The position numbers were made by a program, and so were the translations under genes. From Eledone cirrhosa (Eukaryota): 64,000 nt of DNA. This document shows, in pieces, positions 43,945-58,289 of this stretch. The notes under the pieces were generated by a model. The model did no database searches. It was not told the origin of the DNA and saw only the letters and a list, made by a program, of their open reading frames with translations. Location of the stretch: NCBI GenBank assembly GCA_964016885.1, contig OZ024758.1:5270001-5334000 (forward strand). Reading direction: 5' to 3'. The first letter of the stretch is position 1; each line of letters opens with the position of its first letter.

Positions 43945-44888
43945 CGAAGGCGCATGGTTAGAAGAATTGGATTCGTAATCGTGAGGTTGTGAGTTCGATT
44001 CCCGGACCTGGCGATGGGTTATGTCCTTGAGCAAGACACTTTATTACACGATGCTCCTTCTTCCTGGATTTGCGACTGTTAGATAGTATCAGCAATGGAA
44101 AGACCAATGGAAACATTGTTTCCTCGGTCTGGTTTTATGAGCTCAACCCCACTCGTTCAGCAAATGAGGTCTGGGATCTTGTTGATTAACTATCGATATA
44201 TATAGTAAATTCTATAAGTTGATAATACAACAGTAAGGATATTTAAAGCTCAAATTCCATATCCAGAATAGCGAAAGGTATTTCAGAGGTAAATCCAGTT
44301 GGTATACTTCCGGTCATCTTAGATTTATAACCACAGAGCATACATTAGCAAAGAAATGGATCACCAAGATTTAACAATTAATACATTATTTAATCAAATA
44401 AAAAATAACACAAATTTAAATAATTTTGAAAACCATACAATGCACTAGAAAGAAAATCAAGATTGCTAAGATAACAAAAGAATCTTACCTTGGCAAATTT
44501 GATAATCCCAAAAAGTTAAAAACCCATTATAAGGTGAATATCCCCATGAGAGACTTAAAAGATCGATCGGAGTTGATTTGTTTGTTTGGAAAGCAGACTT
44601 AAGTTAAATAAATAGTGTATACATTTTTTTGAAGACACTGTAATCCTTATATATGAATGTATACATCTGTACTATTTCATAACCTTTATATTTAAATTCC
44701 ACTATGTTCTTTCAGGCTCATATGCGAAGTTTGAAATTGTTATATGAGATCGGCTACGGACTTTCGTTGGTTTCTTTATGTATAGCTGTTGTCATCATGG
44801 TATACTTTAAGTAAGTATTCTCTTCATATACATTGACAATTTCAGCATGTGTTGCACATTTAATAAATATTATATGTGCAAGCCTGCC

Positions 44889-44984
<96 letters not shown>

Positions 44985-44988
44985 ATAT

Positions 44989-45022
<34 letters not shown>

Positions 45023-48000
45023 ATATTATATTATATATATTATATTATATATATATAATGGGCGGTGGATTGGCAGTATCGGTAGAGGGTCGGACGTCAT
45101 GCTTTGACGCATAGAGTTACGGCCCTTGCCATTCTGAGTTCGAATCCCGCCGAGGTCAACTTTGCCTTTCATCCTTACGGGGTCGATAAAATAAAGTACC
45201 AGTAATGTAATAATGCCAAAAGGCAATTACCCAGTACATTACTGGTACTTTATTTTATCGACCCCGTAAGGATGAAAGGCAAAGTTAACCTTGGCGGGAT
45301 TTGAACTCGGATCGTAAAGGGACGTAACTATGCTGGAAAACATGTCCGACCCTCTACCGATACTGCCAATTCTCCAATGACAGCTGTTATGAGAGTTACA
45401 GACTTCTAAATAGAATATTGTGGGTTTGTTTTAAATATATTGGTTACAAATATATATGTTAGATATGTAAGAGTGAAAATTAGTTATCGCAAATATAATG
45501 TCGTATGTTCGCACTAATTAGAAACGTAGTTCTAACTAAACAAAGCTCGTAAGAAGGGAGATACTTTTGATGTTTTACTGCCATAGCTACTACTTTAATT
45601 AAATATTGAATGTTTCATTGTCTTATCAAATTCTTTTTTTTAATACGTAAATTGATGTCTGAAAATTACTTTATCATTTCTTTTGTTGGAGTTGAGAGTT
45701 TTGTCTCTTATCTTTTACCAGGCGACTCCATTGCCAGAGAAACTCGATACATATCAATCTCTTCATATCTTTCATACTACGAGCAGCTTTTTCTTTCATG
45801 AAAGAGAGGCTACTCGTAGAAGGCGTCGGCTTTGCTTCCGACGTTCGTCGTACAAAAGGTGGCATTGACTTCATTGAAGAAGGAACGGTAAGATTGTACC
45901 ATCATATATAATTTATTCACAATCTCTAAAGAGAATTCAATGTATTTGTTTCTGCATCTATCATCATTCATTGTAATAATGGCTGACCTTGTTGAAGAGA
46001 AAAATATAAATTAATTTTAAGCTTCATCATCCAAAACCATTTCGCCATTCGATTTTTAAATATTACTTTCTATTTTCCGATATTGATTTCTCAAACAATT
46101 ATTGATTTTTTTTTTTTTTTTTTTTTTTTACTCCGGTAACCAGTCATACTAATGTTCTTGAGACTTGTTCTATTGAATCTTATTATATTGATCTCTGTAT
46201 TTATTTACAATGATTCCACTTTGGTGATCATAAATTTGTTGAACAAAGATTCAGCAAGTTCCAGACACATTAAAGGATTTTATATTTTATATTCGCCGTT
46301 AATCCTATAATGGTGAAATGTGTGTATATACAGTTAGGTGGAATGTGTGTATATACAGTTAGGTGGAATGTGTGTATATACAGTTAGGTGAAATGTGTGT
46401 ATATACAGTTAGGTGGAATGTGTGTATATACAGTTAGGTGGAATGTGTGTATATATACAGTTAGGTGAAATGTATATATATACACTTCACCTAACTGTTC
46501 ATTATATAGAGAAGGAGCATGGCTTTGTGGTTAGGGAATTCGGCTCACGATCATAAGGCCGTGAGTTCGATTCCCTGCGGTGCGTTGTGTTCTTGAGCAA
46601 GATACTTTATTTCCCGTTGCTCCAGTTCACTCAGCTGGCAAAAATGAGTTATACCTGTAATTCGAATGACCACCCTTACCACATTGTGTGTCACACCAAA
46701 TCTCCCTGAGAACTACGTTAAGGGAATGCGTGTTTGTGGAATGCTCAGACACTTTCACGTTAATTTCACAAGCAGGCTGTTCCGTTAATCTGATCAACTG
46801 GAACACTCGTCGTCGTAACCGACGGAGTGCCTTCCATATAGTAGTTATAGATAAAATAATAATATTTCTTTAGTTTCTAATGTTTTTTTGTTTGTGTGGC
46901 TGAGTGGTTAGAGAATTGGATTCGCAATCATGAGGTTGTCGGTTTGATTCCTGGACTGGGCGATGACACTTTATTTCACGTTGCTACTTCTACCTGGAGT
47001 TGCTACCGATAGATATTAGCAATTGGAAAGACCAACGGAAACATTGCTTCCTCGGTCCGATTTGACGAAAGTCGATCGACAAATTTCTTTTATTGCTGTT
47101 TTGATTGTTTTTGTTCTGCCATGTTTGGCACAATTTCCTCTTTGAATCCTTTCTGAATGAGTTGGGAAAAAATAATTTAAAAAAATATATTTAGGAACTC
47201 TATAATGGTTTCTGAGACACAGTCGACAATTTTGAAAGGGAAAGGGGTGGGAGTCGATTAATTCTAACCCAGTCCATTACTGGTACTGTATTTTATCGAT
47301 CTTGTAAAAAAAAAAAAAAAGAAATAAAACAAAGCTAACCTCGGAGGTATTTGAACTCAGAACGCAAAGCATCTTGTCCGACACTCTACCGATTAATGCC
47401 AATCCACCGCCCTTAGGAACTGTAATAAATGAAGTTCTATTTTACTATATTTTATTGAAAGCATCCCAGTCATTTATTCTGACAATGAACGAGGCTAGTG
47501 CTGCTTTTAATAGAAGTTTAACATGAAGTAAATATAAAAAAACAACAATTTAATTTACATACTCAACAAAGAAAAGCATTATGGCTATTTTTGCTCTTAG
47601 TCTCTGACTAGAATATTAAGTAGAAACCACAATTACAACAACAAAGAATACAAAGTCATGTTTAATTAATTGATATATCGATCGTATCGAATGGGGTTGA
47701 ATATATTGTAAACTGATACGGGTTTTCTTTTTGACCATTGCATTTATTTTATGTATTAATGCAAGCAAAGTGATTCTTTTTTTTTATTATTTATTTCTTG
47801 TCCTTTTTATTCGTTTTAAACATTCCATCAGTTTACTGGAACATGCACTCTCGTGTATTGTCGTTTTATTCTCATTTACTCTCACATGAACCAATAAACA
47901 TAATATACTGACATATATTGATAATTACTTGTGCTCCAGCATGGTCACAACTCCCCAATCGCCTGAACCTATAAACATAACAGTACTGACATATATTAAT

Positions 48001-51000
48001 TACTTGTGCTCCAGCATGGTCACAACTCCCCAATTGCCTGAACAAACTAAAGAGTAAAATAGGTGAAATTTGAATAAATAAACATTACTTTTAGACTTCA
48101 ATAATTTTAACGAGACGCCAACATAACTTAGACAATATGGCGCCGTCATACAAGACAAATGTAGAAACAATATGGCCGAACAAGTGAGAATGGTGTGACC
48201 GATACTGAGATATATCATCATTATCATCAGCATCCGGCGACCTCAGCCGAAATGGACTCAACAATTGATCTCCACGTGGGTCTGTCGTTCATTGCCGCTA
48301 CCAAATCCTGGATTTCAATACCAGAATATCTGGAGATGACATCGGGATGGGAGAGCTTGCGCCCCCTGTCATTAGTGACTGCTTGTGGTTTTCAAAGTAC
48401 TAATGGGGACACAGCCTTGTAGGTGGCACGATAGCAGTGGCCAGTAAATTGGGACAGGAGAGATTGTTTTACTTGTATATATCTACCATTTCACACAATT
48501 CCAGACTGTAAACGTTTGTGTGTATATGTGTGATTGCGTGTGTAATATTACTATGTGTATATAATCATATATTACTACAATAATATGAACAAAATTCGAA
48601 AAAGACATAATCCATCATTACATATTATATTCCATCTGATTTATTAAATACTCTAAAATCTTAAATATTCACGCTTCGCTCCCATTTTTTTTTTTTTTTT
48701 TTTTTTTTTTCAAAAGATTATTCGGTGAAATATCAATATTTTTCTCAACTCGATACTCCATTATTCTGACTTCTCTAACTATCTACTGCTCTCCGTATTT
48801 CCCCGCGTCGAAGACGCTACTTTTTTCCTACAATAACGCTCAAAAATCCTGGAGGCCGAAGGTTGTTTATTGGCAGTATCAGTAAAGGGTTGGACGCCAT
48901 GCTTTCTAGCATAGATACGTCCCTTTACGGTCCGAGTTCAAATCCCGTCGAAGTTAACTTTGCCTTTCATCCTTACGGAGTCGATAAAATAAAGTACCAG
49001 TAATGTACTGGGATAATTGCTGGCCTTGTCCCAAAAGTAGAAACAATTATTTTTTTTTCAAATTTTTGGTTGTCAAAATTAGGGTGCGTCCTCGAGGACG
49101 AAGCGTCTTCGGCGCCGGGAAATACAATATATCTTTTTTCTTCTTTCAGCATTGGCAATGTAAGCTATTTTTTACGCTATTCCATTACATACTCGGTTCA
49201 AATTATATGTGGATATTTGTTGAGGCCCTCTACCTACACACTCTTATATCTATAGCAGTATTCTCCAAAACAAGTGGAACAGTATGGTACATCCTCTTTG
49301 GATGGGGTAAATAACAACTTTGCTATTTTCTTTTTTTGTGTTTTTGATAGTCTTAATCAAATGTGTAAGACCCATGATCTATTTCAAGGCTTCTGAGATT
49401 AGAGCAATTTATTCTCAAATCAGAAACACGGTCCAAATGTTTACAGCATGGTACCCAGTGATGGTGTACAGATGTTAAACTTGGCAATAGGTTATGTCTA
49501 CTATTCAAGAAGACAAATGGCTGATCTGACAGTTTCTACAGATTTCCAGTTATCAAATTTCAGTCAAGGCCTTAATTGATATAAAACCATGGCAGACGAC
49601 ATTTACCTAATGTGTCAGGCTATAGAATCGAATCTAAACCCATTTGTTTATGAAGTGAACCTCTTAATCATTCAACCATGTGGAATTTCTGTGTAGTATT
49701 CAACAACAATATGAATCAATGAGAAATCCTCAACATGGTTGCTTCAGTTACTAGAAATAGCAACCAATATATCGTAAATCATATCCTACTGTCATAAAAA
49801 ATCTAGTCGCATTGTATAATGTAGTTCTTGATATACTATGTCTAAATAACATACAATATGTTCATAGCTGGAACGTGTTTCTTCTTTGGTGTTTTATCAG
49901 GGCAGACCTTTCACTAAACAGCAATAATGTAGTTCTAGATATACTATGTCTAAATAACATACAGTATGTTCATAGCTGTAACGTGTTTGGTCTATGCTAT
50001 GTTTTACCAAAGCAGACCTTTGGCTAAACAACAATAATGTAGTTCTAGATATACTATGTCTGTTTGATCTTTGCTATGTTTTATCTGGGCAGACCTTTGA
50101 CTAAACAATAACAACAGTTTGACAATTATTTTTGTCCTGTCGGGTACCAAGCTCCTTCTGCCTAAATCATCTTCACACGTGTTTCTTCTTCTTCTCATCA
50201 ACCCTAAAACCAAAGCCACTAGGCGTCGCGGTCTGGTTTATTGCTTCCCTTAAGTAAACATTTCGTCCAATTCTTTTATTCAGAGATCGTAATACTTTTA
50301 AATTCCCAGCTTGCCCATGTTTTTTTTTATTTCATAAAATGACTTAAACCTTACACTCTTAACAAAAAGGAAGAACAGGTTGGATAATAAAGACATATGC
50401 CTGGGAAAAGGGGACCGAATGGTCACGACGAAATGTCTATGATCATAAATAGGCTAGATTAAGAAGTCTTGAATTAATCAACAACAAATTATGATATAGA
50501 TTGTCGCTTATATTTAAAAAAAAAAAGCCATATCCTTTAGATAACTGAAGTTCTTTGCCATTATTCTATTTATTTAACAGTTATTTCATTGTAATATTGA
50601 TTCTCTAATTCTATTTTTTTAAACAGGGTCCTCATTAACGTTTGTTCTATCATGGGTCATTGTTCGCATCACGAAAGAAAATATACTGTGAGTATAGCAT
50701 CCAGTAAATGTGAACCTTTCTGTGTTTCTGGGGTGGTAGAAAGTTGTCATATTGATTTATTAAATATTAACGATTTCTGCCGTGAAATATATTTTTGTAT
50801 TTAACTCTATACATATATATACCCTGGAGAAGGCTTGTCACATAAAACCAAAGCCACTAAGCGTCGCGGTCTGGTTTATCGCTTTGTTTGTACCCACTCC
50901 GCTCCTTCCCATGCATGGACTACTACTTTAACCTGTGGTCTCCCCGATCGCGGCACAGCAGACTTCATATATATGTATATATATATAATGAAAAGAGAAG

Positions 51001-51156
51001 GACCTATTTAAAATATTACTTTAATGTTTCAAAAATCACCATACATATTTCTATGGTTTGCTTACATCATCAGATCACGACATAAGATACTTGGCGACGT
51101 AATCAGGTGTAAATTGCAAAGATTAAGTAATCAATTCCTATATTATGGCAAACATA

Positions 51157-51193
<37 letters not shown>

Positions 51194-51287
51194 TTCAAAA
51201 GAAAGATTGCGAGAATGGGAACTCCTGTGAGCTCACAGGAAAAAACTTCAAAGTAACAAGACTCAACTCAAGCTTGGCCTTAATAAA

Positions 51288-51332
<45 letters not shown>

Positions 51333-51407
51333 TAACAGATTAAAGTTTAAGCAAAGAATCCTGCTTTCAACCTTTTTGATTTTAGTCTTCGCATTTATTA
51401 TTATTAC

Positions 51408-51439
<32 letters not shown>

Positions 51440-51542
51440 TTTACAGGGTAGGGCATAAACATCTCCCACAACTCCCTCTCGAGTTATGGTCCATATATAT
51501 ATATTATAGTATCTAATGTATTATATGATGTTATATATGTAT

Positions 51543-51582
<40 letters not shown>

Positions 51583-53259
51583 ATTATTATTATTACGTAT
51601 AAGTATATAGTACCTAATATATGATGCTATATAGGTTTACTAAGTAATAAGTAAACAACTATATTTTTTAATTCCTGTCTTTCCATAGGTGCTGGAATAC
51701 AAATGACACAGCAGCTTATTTCTGGATAATGCGAGGACCAATTCTATTGTCAATCGTCGTAAGTCATATTCGTCATAATATAGAAAATAAGACATTTAAT
51801 TCCTTTCAATAAAAATTATTTTCTTTTCCTGTTTTTAACAAAATAATAAAAAAAATATTCCTTAAAATTATGTATTTAACACTATGTATGAGTCTAATCG
51901 TATACTCTCGGCTCCTCAATAATAGCCAGGTTGTATCATGTTATAAGTAGCGCTGTATCCATGAATAGACGTCGGTTTGTATCACGTTGTGAGTAGCGTC
52001 GTGCGCTGTGTCCATAAATAGACGGCGGTTTGTATCATCTTATCAGTAACGTCGTGCGCTGTGTCCATAAATAGACGGCGGTTTGTATCAGCTTATCAGT
52101 AGCGTCGTGCGCTGTGTCCATAAATAGACGGCGGTTTGTATCATCTTATCAGTAGCGTCGTGTGTTGTGTCCGTCAATAGACGGCGGTTTGTATCATCTT
52201 ATCAGTAGCGTCGTGCGCTGTGTCCATAAATAGACGGCGGTTTGTATCATCTTATCAGTAACGTCGTGCGCTGTGTCCATAAATAGACGGCGGTTTGTAT
52301 CATCTTATCAGTAGCGTCGTGCGCTGTGTCCATAAATAGACGGCGGTTTGTATCATCTTATCAGTAACGTCGTGCGCTGTGTCCATAAATAGACGGCGGT
52401 TTGTATCATCTTATCAGTAGCGTCGTGCGCTGTGTCCGTCAATAGACGGCGGTTTGTATCATCTTATCAGTAGCATCATGCGTTCGTAGACAAACAAAGA
52501 AACTATCACAGAACTGTATAGCTCATCATTGTAAGCAGGGGGGATATTGTCAAATTGACAAATGTTTCATCTGTTTGCAGTATTGAGTTCAACGGCTCCC
52601 ATGGTCATAGCTGAGAGAGAGATGAGTTCCATCCAACAGGTTAACTTTTATATATACACTATATATAAACCTATGTATTACATTACAAAACACACCAGAC
52701 TACAAACCAACTTTAGAACAAATTAGATAGTTTATTTACAGCAACTATATAACAAAGACAAATTAGTTTTTAAAGTGTCACACCTCCTAGCAGTTCATAA
52801 TAGTGCAATCTATAACAGAGGATTTTTAATAGAAAATTAATTTCATTCTGTTTGAAGGATGAATTACTTTTAAATGTTTCATGTTTCTGTTAGATTTACT
52901 TAATGTATATTTTCTGTACCGAGAAATGTATTTCACCCAAGATAAGTAAATATAATTCTAAATATTTCCATTGTAAATTACTATTGCTTCGTTAACAGTA
53001 CTTTCTGTTTCATAACTACAAAAAACAAAAGAATATATTGCAACCCTCCAGATAAACTTTCTGCTTTATTAATTAATTATTTATTTCCTTTAGATTTCAG
53101 TAATGAAAACATACAATAATTTAACTTAGCCTAATCTGCGCCTTGGCATTGGATAAAAATGTAATTTCATTATTGATTCTATAATTGCAAGCTTTATATT
53201 TTTTTATCTGAATATTCTCTCTGATGTTAGCTCAACTTTCAACTTAGTTGTACATCAGG

Positions 53260-53329
<70 letters not shown>

Positions 53330-53697
53330 TGTTAGCTCATCTTTCGACTTAGCTGTACTTTGTTGGAATAAGAAATTAATAATTATTTCATATTGTTATT
53401 TAAGCCGAGTTTTGGGTTCATTGTATTCTCCGGGCGTCTTTGAAATCCACATTTTCACATACGTCGTATCTCTGCTATGGCCCGACGAGCTTTTGGTTCC
53501 AGAGTCGGGCTAGATCGATACAGATCGAACCTTGAGCTGATCAATAGCGAAACGCGCGTCACTACTTAATAAACGTAATGAAGACATAAGAAATCGTCCT
53601 TTTATTATTATGATTTCATTCTGCTTAGTTCTACAAACTGGAAACTAAACATCGAGTGCTCACTCGGGTGAACTTACGGTAACTACACGTTACATTG

Positions 53698-53733
<36 letters not shown>

Positions 53734-53986
53734 TAGTGTGATAAAATAGGTGATGACATTTTTCTTCTAACAAAGTCAGTGATAGCCTAAAATAACGAAT
53801 CGGGTGTTTCACAATTCAACAACATTTCGACGTGCGTCTACAAGTGAGAACACATCTGACGAGCTTCTGATTCCAGAGTCAGGAACGAACATTATTCGAT
53901 CGTTCCTCGAGCTGATCGGCAGTGAAACATATGTAGTTAAATATATGTGTATGTATATATATATATATATAAAATGTGTGTGTATG

Positions 53987-54031
<45 letters not shown>

Positions 54032-57000
54032 GTGTGCGTGTATACGTGTATGTTTGTATGTGTATATATATGGCTGTGTGTGTGAGTGTGTGTGTGTATA
54101 TGTGTATACATATATATATGTGTGTGTGTATATATATATATATATGTGTGTGTGAGAGTGTAGGTGTGTGTGTATATATGTGTATCCATATATATATGTG
54201 TGTGTGTATGTATATATATATATCTGTGTGTGTGAGAGTGTAGGTGTGTGTGTGTATATGTGTATCCATATATATATGTGTGTGTGTATGTATATATATA
54301 TATCTGTGTGTGTGAGAGTGTAGGTGTGTGTGTATATATGTGTATCCATATATATATGTGTGTGTGTATGTATATATATATCTGTGTGTGTGAGAGTGTA
54401 GGTGTGTGTGTATATATGTGTATCCATATATATATGTGTGTGTGTATGTATATATATATATCTGTGTGTGTGAGAGTGTAGGTGTGTGTGTGTATATATG
54501 TGTATCCACATATATATGTGTGTGTGTATGTATATATATATATCTGTGTGTGTGAGAGTGTGGGTGTGTGTGTAAGTATATGTGTATATCTGTATATGGG
54601 TGTGTGTGTTTGTCTGCAACGTATATATACATAAACGAATAAATCTTTCTATATTTCCAGATGAATTTCATTTTCTTTTTAAATGTTGTGAGAATCCTGT
54701 TTACCAAACTTAATGCCGCTAATTCTCCTGAAGCTCAAAAATTTAGGTAAAGGTGTGTACAAGACATTTCTATTCCTTACCAATTATGGAACCTACTAGA
54801 TATAGTAGCCTAGTTTTACTGTATGGTGGTTGAATATCTGTCGGTATTTATGGCCTACAGGTCTTCACTTGTCTATACATATATATATATATATATATGA
54901 GTTTGTGTGCACATATATATATATGTGTGTGTGTGTGCACATATATATGTGTGTGTGTGTGTATATACATATATATATATGTGTGTGTGTGTACATGTGT
55001 GTACGTGTGTGTACGTGTGTGTGTGTGTACATATATATATATGTGTGTGTGTACATATGTGTGTACATATATGTATATGTGTGTGTGTATATATATATAT
55101 ATGTGTGTGTGTGTACATGTGTGTGTGTGTACATATATATGTGTGTGTACATATATGTGTGTGTGTACATATATATATATATATGTGTGTGTGTGTATGT
55201 GTGTACATAGGTACAACCGGACTGGAAACTGCAAAATGTTTGGCCGCCCTCTCGTCTCTCGGCCATTTCAGCCCCATGGATTGTGTCTATTATTTTCCTT
55301 TGTCAAATTTCGTATACCTGATGATGTCACCGAATTCATACTGAACCCGGTCATTGAGATGTTCATAGTATAATAAACCTTTAAGGAATTACACCAGTCC
55401 AGCCTCATGTTAATTTATAATATATATATATATATATATATATAGGAACGAGTAGGAACCGACGGCTGAGCTCAAGCCGTTTCGACGGCTAATTCTGGAC
55501 TGTAATACGGCTTGAGCTCAGCCGTCGGGGTCCTACTCGTTCCTATTACCCACTCTACTACCCTAAGTATTGAGTACTTTGGTGCGTTATGGTCCACCTG
55601 GTTCCTTACCACATTTCCTCCGTTATATATATATATATATTGGTAAAAAGATGATCACCACGGATAATCGATATAATAGGGTTTACTGGAATAAACCCTA
55701 TTATATCGATTATCCGTGTTAATCATCCAGTTACCAATATTTACTACTCCAAGAACTATTAATCACGGATCTTTCAGGAATCTACCCTCTGAAAAAATTA
55801 AGCAGACATCTTGTTGAGTCAGCTAGAACCGAACGCTGAAATAATCCTCAGTACAGGTTACACGTAACCTGAGCTTAGATGGCCTTAAACGATAACTCGC
55901 TCACTATGATATATATACATATATATATATATAGGAAAAGGTATGACCGTCGGGGTCATACTTTTTCCTATTTCCCACTCTACTACCCTAAGTATTGAGT
56001 ACTCTGGTGCGTTATGGTCCATCTGGTTCCTTACAACAATTCCTTTATGTATATATATATATATGAGACCAGCATGCCGTCAAAAACTTCATCACTAATT
56101 TGTCTCTTCTTTTCACTTTTCAGATCTACAAAACGTGTTGCAGCCAGATCAAATGGCTAAGTATATATTGTCTAATAATTTTTGTAAGATACATCTCATT
56201 GATTTTTCATACGAGAAAACACATATTAACTTCCCAGTCGTCATAACTGCTTTTTTTCTTGTTTATTATATTATATATATATTATAATATATATATTATG
56301 TATATATATATATATATTATGTGTATATATATATATATATTATATATTATATATATATATATATTATATATATATATATATTATATTATATATATATTAT
56401 ATTATATATATTATATTATATATATATTATATATATTATATATATATATATTATATTATATATATATTATATTATATATATTATATTATATATATATTAT
56501 ATTATATATATTATATATATATTATATTATATATATATTATATTATATATATATATTATATTATATATATATATATATATTATTATATATATATTATTAT
56601 ATATATATTATTATATATAATATATATATATTATTATATTTATATTATATATATATTATATTATATATATATATATATTATATATATATATTATATTATA
56701 TATATATATTATATATTATATATATTATATATATATATTATATATATATATATTATATATATATATTATATATATATATATTATATATATATATTATATA
56801 TATATTATTATATATATTTATTATATATATATATATTATTATATATATATATTATATATATATTATATTATATATATTATATTATATATATATATATTAT
56901 ATTATATATATATTATATTATATATATATATATTATATTATATATATATATATTATATTATATTATATTATATATATATTATATATATATTATATTATAT

Positions 57001-57167
57001 ATATATATATTATATTATATATATTATATTATATATATATATATATATATTATATTATATTATATATATATTATATTATATATATATTATATATATATTA
57101 TATTATATATATATTATATATATATTATATTATATATATATATATTATATTATATATATATATATAT

Positions 57168-57198
<31 letters not shown>

Positions 57199-57225
57199 AT
57201 ATATATATATATATATTATATATAT

Positions 57226-57316
<91 letters not shown>

Positions 57317-57500
57317 ATATATATATATATATATTATATATATAATATAATATATATATATATATTATATATATAATATAATATATATATAATATATATA
57401 TAATATATATATATAATAATATATATATATATAATAATATATATATATAATATATATATATATATATAATATATATATATAATATATATATATATAATAT

Positions 57501-57532
<32 letters not shown>

Positions 57533-58248
57533 ATATATATATATATAATATATATATATATATAATATATATATAATATAAATATAATAATATATATATA
57601 TTATATATAATAATATATATAATAATATATATATATATATAATATATATATATATAATATAATATATATATATAATATAATATATATATATAATATAATA
57701 TATATATAATATATATATATAATATAATATATATATAATATATATATAATATAATATATATAATATAATATATATATAATATAATATATATATATATAAT
57801 ATATATATATATATAATATATAATATAATATATAATATACATAATATATATATTATAATATATATATAATATAATAAACAAGAAAAAAAGCAGTTATGAC
57901 GACTGGGAAGTTATATATATTATATATATATATATATTATATATATATATATATATTATATATATATATTATATATATATATTATATATATATATTATAT
58001 ATATATATATTATATATATATATATTATATATATATATTATATATATATATATTATATATATATATATTATATATATATATATATTATATATATATATAT
58101 TATATATATATATATTATATTATATTTATATATATTTATATATATATTTATATATATTTATATATATTATTTATATATATTATATATATTATTTATATAT
58201 ATTATTTATATATATTATATATATTATTTATATATATTATATATATAT

Positions 58249-58289
<41 letters not shown>

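Noticed and set aside
50821-50872. Further hammerhead (ACC-CTGGAGA-AGGC…GCC-ACTAAGCGTC)
   Set aside because: Both core boxes deviate from consensus, so it is too degenerate to call, although part of the segment is repeated at 50205-50240.
55211-55373. Alternative TM6-like exon (RYNRTG…[19 protein letters not shown]), in frame with exon 54661-54746
   Set aside because: It has no real pyrimidine tract and lacks the AKSTL/PLFG motifs. The IPDD…EMF resemblance is better explained by a degenerate hammerhead sequence (CCTGATGAT…GAGATGTTCATA).
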